From: an uncultured Chloroflexia bacterium
GTDB taxonomy: Bacteria; Chloroflexota; Limnocylindria; Limnocylindrales; CSP1-4
Direction of reading: 5' to 3'
Assembly (NCBI GenBank): GCA_963813335.1
Contig: CAWEYL010000001.1
Location: forward strand, 128,001 to 192,000
Length of the DNA stretch: 64,000 nt
How positions within the stretch are numbered: the first letter of the stretch is position 1; each line of letters begins with the position of its first letter. This document shows positions 61,834 to 64,000 of the stretch, one piece after another. A model generated the notes under the pieces. It was not told the origin of the DNA. It was given only the letters and a program-made list of their open reading frames with translations, and searched no databases. A program made the position numbers and the translations under genes.

Positions 61834-63147
61834 GCGACCTGGTCGAGTCGGCGCCGCCGGTCGAGCCGCGCCCGGCCGCGACCCTCGTGCTGTTCCGGCA
61901 TGGCCTGTCGGGGCCGGAGGTCCTGCTCGGCCGCCGGCCGCCTTCGATGGCGTTCGCCCCGGACGTCCATGTCTTCCCGGGCGGCCGCGTGGACCCGGCC
62001 GACGCCCACCCGAGCCTGATCGCGCGCTCCGTCATCTCGCCGGCGGCCGCCGCGGCGGCGCTCGGCGGGGACGTGCCGCCGACGCGGGCGATCTCCAAGT
62101 ACATCGCCGCGATCCGCGAGGCCTTCGAGGAGGCCGGGGTGCTGCTCGCCGATGCCGACGACGTGTCGTCATCGATGCTTCGCGAGGCCCGCAGCGCGCT
62201 CGTCGGCGGTGAGATCCATTTCCAGGCGCTGGCTGCGCAGCTCGACCTGCGGCTTCGCACGGACCTGCTGGTCTCGATCTCGCGCTGGGTGACGCCGCCC
62301 TCGATGCCGCGCCGCTTCGATGCGCGGTTCTTCGCCGCAGAGCTCCCGGAGGGGGCGAGCGCGTCCCTGCACGGCGACGAGGTCGTGGAGCAGACGTGGA
62401 TCCGCCCCGGCGACGCGCTCGAGGCGATGGCCGAGGGCACGCTCCAGCTGTGGCCGCCGACCGCGGCGACGCTCCAGCAGCTGGAGCACGTGACGTCGTT
62501 CGACCAGGTCCGCGACCGCCTCGCGACCGGTCCGCTCGGAGCGGTGCATGTCGAGTCGGTGGCGCTCGACACCACCCGCATCCTGATGCCGGCGCCGGCG
62601 GCGTCGCGGGGCAGACCGTCGACGCCTACCTCGTCGGCCGCCGGTCGTTCGTGCTCGTCGACCCGGGCGACCCGACCGGGCCGGCGCTCGACCGGGCGGT
62701 CGAGCTGGCGGCGGAGCTCGGTGGCACGATCCGGGCGATCGCGCTGACCCACGTCGATCCGGACCATTCGGCCGGGGCGGAGGTCCTCGCCGAGCGGCTC
62801 GAGATCCCGATCCTGGTGGGTCCGGGCGGCGGCCGGCTCGCTGCCGTACGAGACCCGCGCAGCTCGCCGACGGCGAGCGGATCGACCTCGCCGACGTGCC
62901 GCTGACCGTCGTGACCACCCCGGGTATCCGACCCGACCACGTGGCGTTCGTGGTCGGCGAGGGGACCGCCGTCCTGACCGGCGACCTCGACGGGCGGCGC
63001 GGCTCGCGGATGCTCCCCGGCCCGCTCGACACGTCCGCGCTGGCCGCGTCGCGCGCACGCCTCGCGAGCGTGGCGCCCGCCGCGCCACGGCTGTCTGGAC
63101 ACCGAGACGGCGCGGCTATCATCGCCGCGGGAGGGCACGATCGATGA
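61830..63147 (+). CDS. NUDIX hydrolase fused to an MBL-fold domain; indels near ~62600 and ~62850
   Basis: PRPAAT, VFPGGRVD, AAIREAFEEAG, RWVTP..RRFDARFF; then VDPG, LTHVDPDH, TGD. Confidence 0.8.
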
Positions 63148-64000
63148 CCGACACGCCGGCGGACGAGACCCGGGACGAGGAGACGGGCACGACCATCGAC
63201 GGAACCCCGTGGGACGAGGCGCGCCCACCGCATCTGCCCGATACGGTGACCGGCACGCCGGCCCCGGCGCTGTTCTTCTTCGCCTGCGCGATCGTCGTGA
63301 CGATCCAGACGGTCCGGGGCATCGACCTCGGCCCGAATCCGCCGGCATCCACGCTGCTGGCACAGACCTTCGCGGTCGTCCCCTCGGTGGTCGCGTTCCT
63401 GCTGCCGGCCATGCTCTTCCTGCGGCATCGCGATGCCTGGAGTGCCCATCGGGCGATCGCCATCGGCGCGATCCTCATCGGCCTGTCGCAGGCGTTCGGG
63501 CTGCTGTCCGGCTCGCTCGAAGGCTTCTTCGAATCGATCACGCCGGCCACTGCCGGGACCGCCTACGTCTTCCCGTCGGCGATCGCGTACAGCGTCTTCG
63601 TCGCCCTGGTCACCGTGATCGGCGTCGCGTTCATCGGCCGCGGCCTGGTCGACGCCCGCGTCTACGAGGACGTCGGCGGCACCCGGCGCTGGTGGGTGGT
63701 CGTGGTGGTCACCGGCTTCATCGCGGCCGCCCTGCGGATCTTCGCCCTCGGCAGCATCCCGACCGACATCGACGCCGAGTCGCTCGCGGCCTACTACTGG
63801 GTGACGATGATCGGCGTGGTCGCGAGCACCCTGGCGATCGTCGCCTGGGCGTACCTGACCGGGAATGCCATCGCGGGACGCCTGGCCGGGGAGCGCCCGG
63901 GGATCGCGTGGCTGGCGACGGCGACCGCCGGCCAGAGCATCCTCTTCGCGTTCGTCGTGGGCGGGCTGATCTCGATGGTGGCGTTCGTCAGCACGCCGCT
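63144..64000 (+). CDS. Multi-pass membrane protein (truncated by window end)
   Basis: Open frame from ATG 63144 (overlapping the upstream TGA) with successive hydrophobic helices. Confidence 0.7.
   Translation, partial: MTDTPADETRDEETGTTIDGTPWDEARPPHLPDTVTGTPAPALFFFACAIVVTIQTVRGIDLGPNPPASTLLAQTFAVVPSVVAFLLPAMLFLRHRDAWSAHRAIAIGAILIGLSQAFGLLSGSLEGFFESITPATAGTAYVFPSAIAYSVFVALVTVIGVAFIGRGLVDARVYEDVGGTRRWWVVVVVTGFIAAALRIFALGSIPTDIDAESLAAYYWVTMIGVVASTLAIVAWAYLTGNAIAGRLAGERPGIAWLATATAGQSILFAFVVGGLISMVAFVSTP

Overview
A very GC-rich, gene-dense bacterial chromosomal window. The gene repertoire and codon style suggest a soil/freshwater Chloroflexota or Actinobacteria-like organism (inference only). 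It carries tRNA-His and about 55 CDS. Many CDS are split by single-base indels, most likely long-read consensus errors rather than true pseudogenes. Recognisable modules: (i) a SorC-family regulator/FGGY kinase/NMT1-THI5-type ABC transporter/FAD oxidoreductase operon; (ii) a spread-out purine catabolism cluster (guanine deaminase, three-subunit xanthine dehydrogenase, OHCU decarboxylase, uricase, malate synthase, hydantoinase-like enzyme, DUF3830, HIU hydrolase); (iii) TetR-MFS, PadR and MarR modules with visible operators; (iv) two secreted subtilases flanking a coiled-coil PD-(D/E)xK nuclease; (v) NHEJ genes Ku and LigD; (vi) a compositionally foreign ~3 kb island encoding a nuclease-helicase (DUF2075/Schlafen-like) coupled to an SRA-like protein with no nuclease domain; (vii) a Phd/VapC toxin-antitoxin pair. 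The most notable unexplained items are the helicase-SRA island and a dispersed non-coding ~61-bp repeat (two conserved boxes with an invariant 30-nt variable spacer; five units, four of them in inverted doublets). Pervasive leaderless gene starts and a RibXY-like transporter embedded in a sugar-kinase operon are also worth checking.
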